64,000 bases of DNA from NCBI GenBank assembly GCA_963815455.1, contig CAWFGO010000003.1:608001-672000 (forward strand), written 5' to 3'. Positions within the stretch are counted from its first letter, which is position 1. The number at the start of each line of letters is the position of its first letter. A program made the translations under genes and the position numbers. The DNA is from an uncultured Verrucomicrobiae bacterium (GTDB taxonomy: Bacteria > Verrucomicrobiota > Verrucomicrobiia > Chthoniobacterales > UBA10450). Below, one piece after another: positions 63,050 to 64,000 of the stretch. Under the pieces are notes generated by a model that saw only the letters and a list, made by a program, of their open reading frames with translations, did no database searches and was not told the DNA's origin.

Positions 63050-64000
63050 CTAAGGCTTCGCCGGTGTCGGCGAAAGTGGCGGCCTTCCGCTGGCTTCACG
63101 TTCGAGGGCGCGTAGTAACGGCGCCGCCGGCGTATCGGGCACCGTTCTCATCGTCGTGCGGATAAGCGCGAGCGCGCGTTTCGGTTTTTTCAGTTTGATC
63201 CATGCGTCCGATTCCTCCAGCACAACGCGGACAATGTCGTCGCGCTTGGTGTAGTAGGTGCGAGCCAACTGGAAATTGTTGGTCGCGGCAGCGAAATGTT
63301 CCTCCCGCGCCTCCATAAGCCCGAGATCCTCCATCATTGGACCGTTGTGCGCCTGCATCGCGACCTGCCGCGCCGCCACGCGAAATTGCGGCGCCGGGAT
63401 CGTGGCATTCTGAACCACGAATTCGTGATACATCTTCCAATCGTTGGCACTTCTCACCGAATCTGGCAGCGCCGTGATCTTGAGCCACGACGAGTACGGC
63501 CGATAAAGCGGATCGCCGACCATCACCGACATCCAGGAGAGCGCGCGCATCGACATGTAGGCGCTCTCGGCAAAGGTAAACCCGTGAAGCAGACGATCGT
63601 TGAAAATATCCAGCTGCGCAGTGAGCTGTAGATACGGCTCGTAAACGTTGCCCATGCTGGCAACGGCGCCTTTTGAAACCAGTGGGCCGACCCAGTCCGC
63701 ATTCGGATCGCGCAGGGTGTGCGCGCTAAAGGAATGGATATGAACGGCCACCGCTCCCGGCACAAAACGGAAATCGGGCCGGGCAAACGGACCCGCCGCG
63801 TCGGCCGCGTACCATCCATAATAAAGCGCGCAATCGGTTATCGGATATGTCTCGGGAAAAATTTCCGGCGCGTTATCGTAAATGGTCGGGATTCCCGCCT
63901 TGTGAAGTTGCTGAGTTATATCGCCAAGCCATTGATCGCCCATGGCCAAACCCATTCCGCTGTTGTGGGCGCCATCGACATAGGCCCGGCCCCAGAGCCC
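63050..64000 (-). CDS. TIGR03790-like PVC protein with a C-terminal TPR-like region, 5'-partial
   Basis: ALYYGWY, GAVAVHIHSFSA, GNVYEPYL, LSWM...GDPLYRP. Confidence 0.8.
   Translation of the reverse strand, partial: GLWGRAYVDGAHNSGMGLAMGDQWLGDITQQLHKAGIPTIYDNAPEIFPETYPITDCALYYGWYAADAAGPFARPDFRFVPGAVAVHIHSFSAHTLRDPNADWVGPLVSKGAVASMGNVYEPYLQLTAQLDIFNDRLLHGFTFAESAYMSMRALSWMSVMVGDPLYRPYSSWLKITALPDSVRSANDWKMYHEFVVQNATIPAPQFRVAARQVAMQAHNGPMMEDLGLMEAREEHFAAATNNFQLARTYYTKRDDIVRVVLEESDAWIKLKKPKRALALIRTTMRTVPDTPAAPLLRALEREASGRPPLSPTPAKP

Overview
A GC-rich (roughly 55-60%, by eye) bacterial chromosome segment. Gene content and style (fused lpxC/fabZ, two-domain ndk, TIGR03790-like protein, sdhCAB) point to a soil Verrucomicrobiota member, probably Chthoniobacterales-like; this is an inference. 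The core backbone has secA, ridA, pyrE, sdhCAB, ispE, pyrF, a polyprenyl synthase, radC, two lpxA paralogs, moeA, prmA, ndk, an aspartate aminotransferase, a GH57 branching enzyme, tRNA-Ser(GCT) and tRNA-Gly(GCC). Many essential genes carry 1-nt indels, most likely long-read errors. Accessory layers: (1) the tail of an integron cassette array with two attC sites at 1-1.5 kb; (2) two four-helix-bundle genes inside the sdh operon, each bracketed by inverted 7-mer repeat arms, one pair folding the sdhA stop codon exactly onto the sdhB ATG; (3) an ~11 kb integrase-less defence island at tRNA-Ser with a type III R-M pair, a lone HTH-SF2-Z1 protein with its own operator, a 2TM + RelE-like/Zn-ribbon pair and a TA pair; (4) TA modules lying between duplicated 3' tails of host genes; (5) several palindromic repeat families, some nested, some in-frame inside proteins and some supplying start codons; (6) protein oddities, namely an E3-binding-like domain inside SecA and a Tat-exported vanadium haloperoxidase with a non-canonical active site. 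All family calls come from motif recognition; no database search was run.
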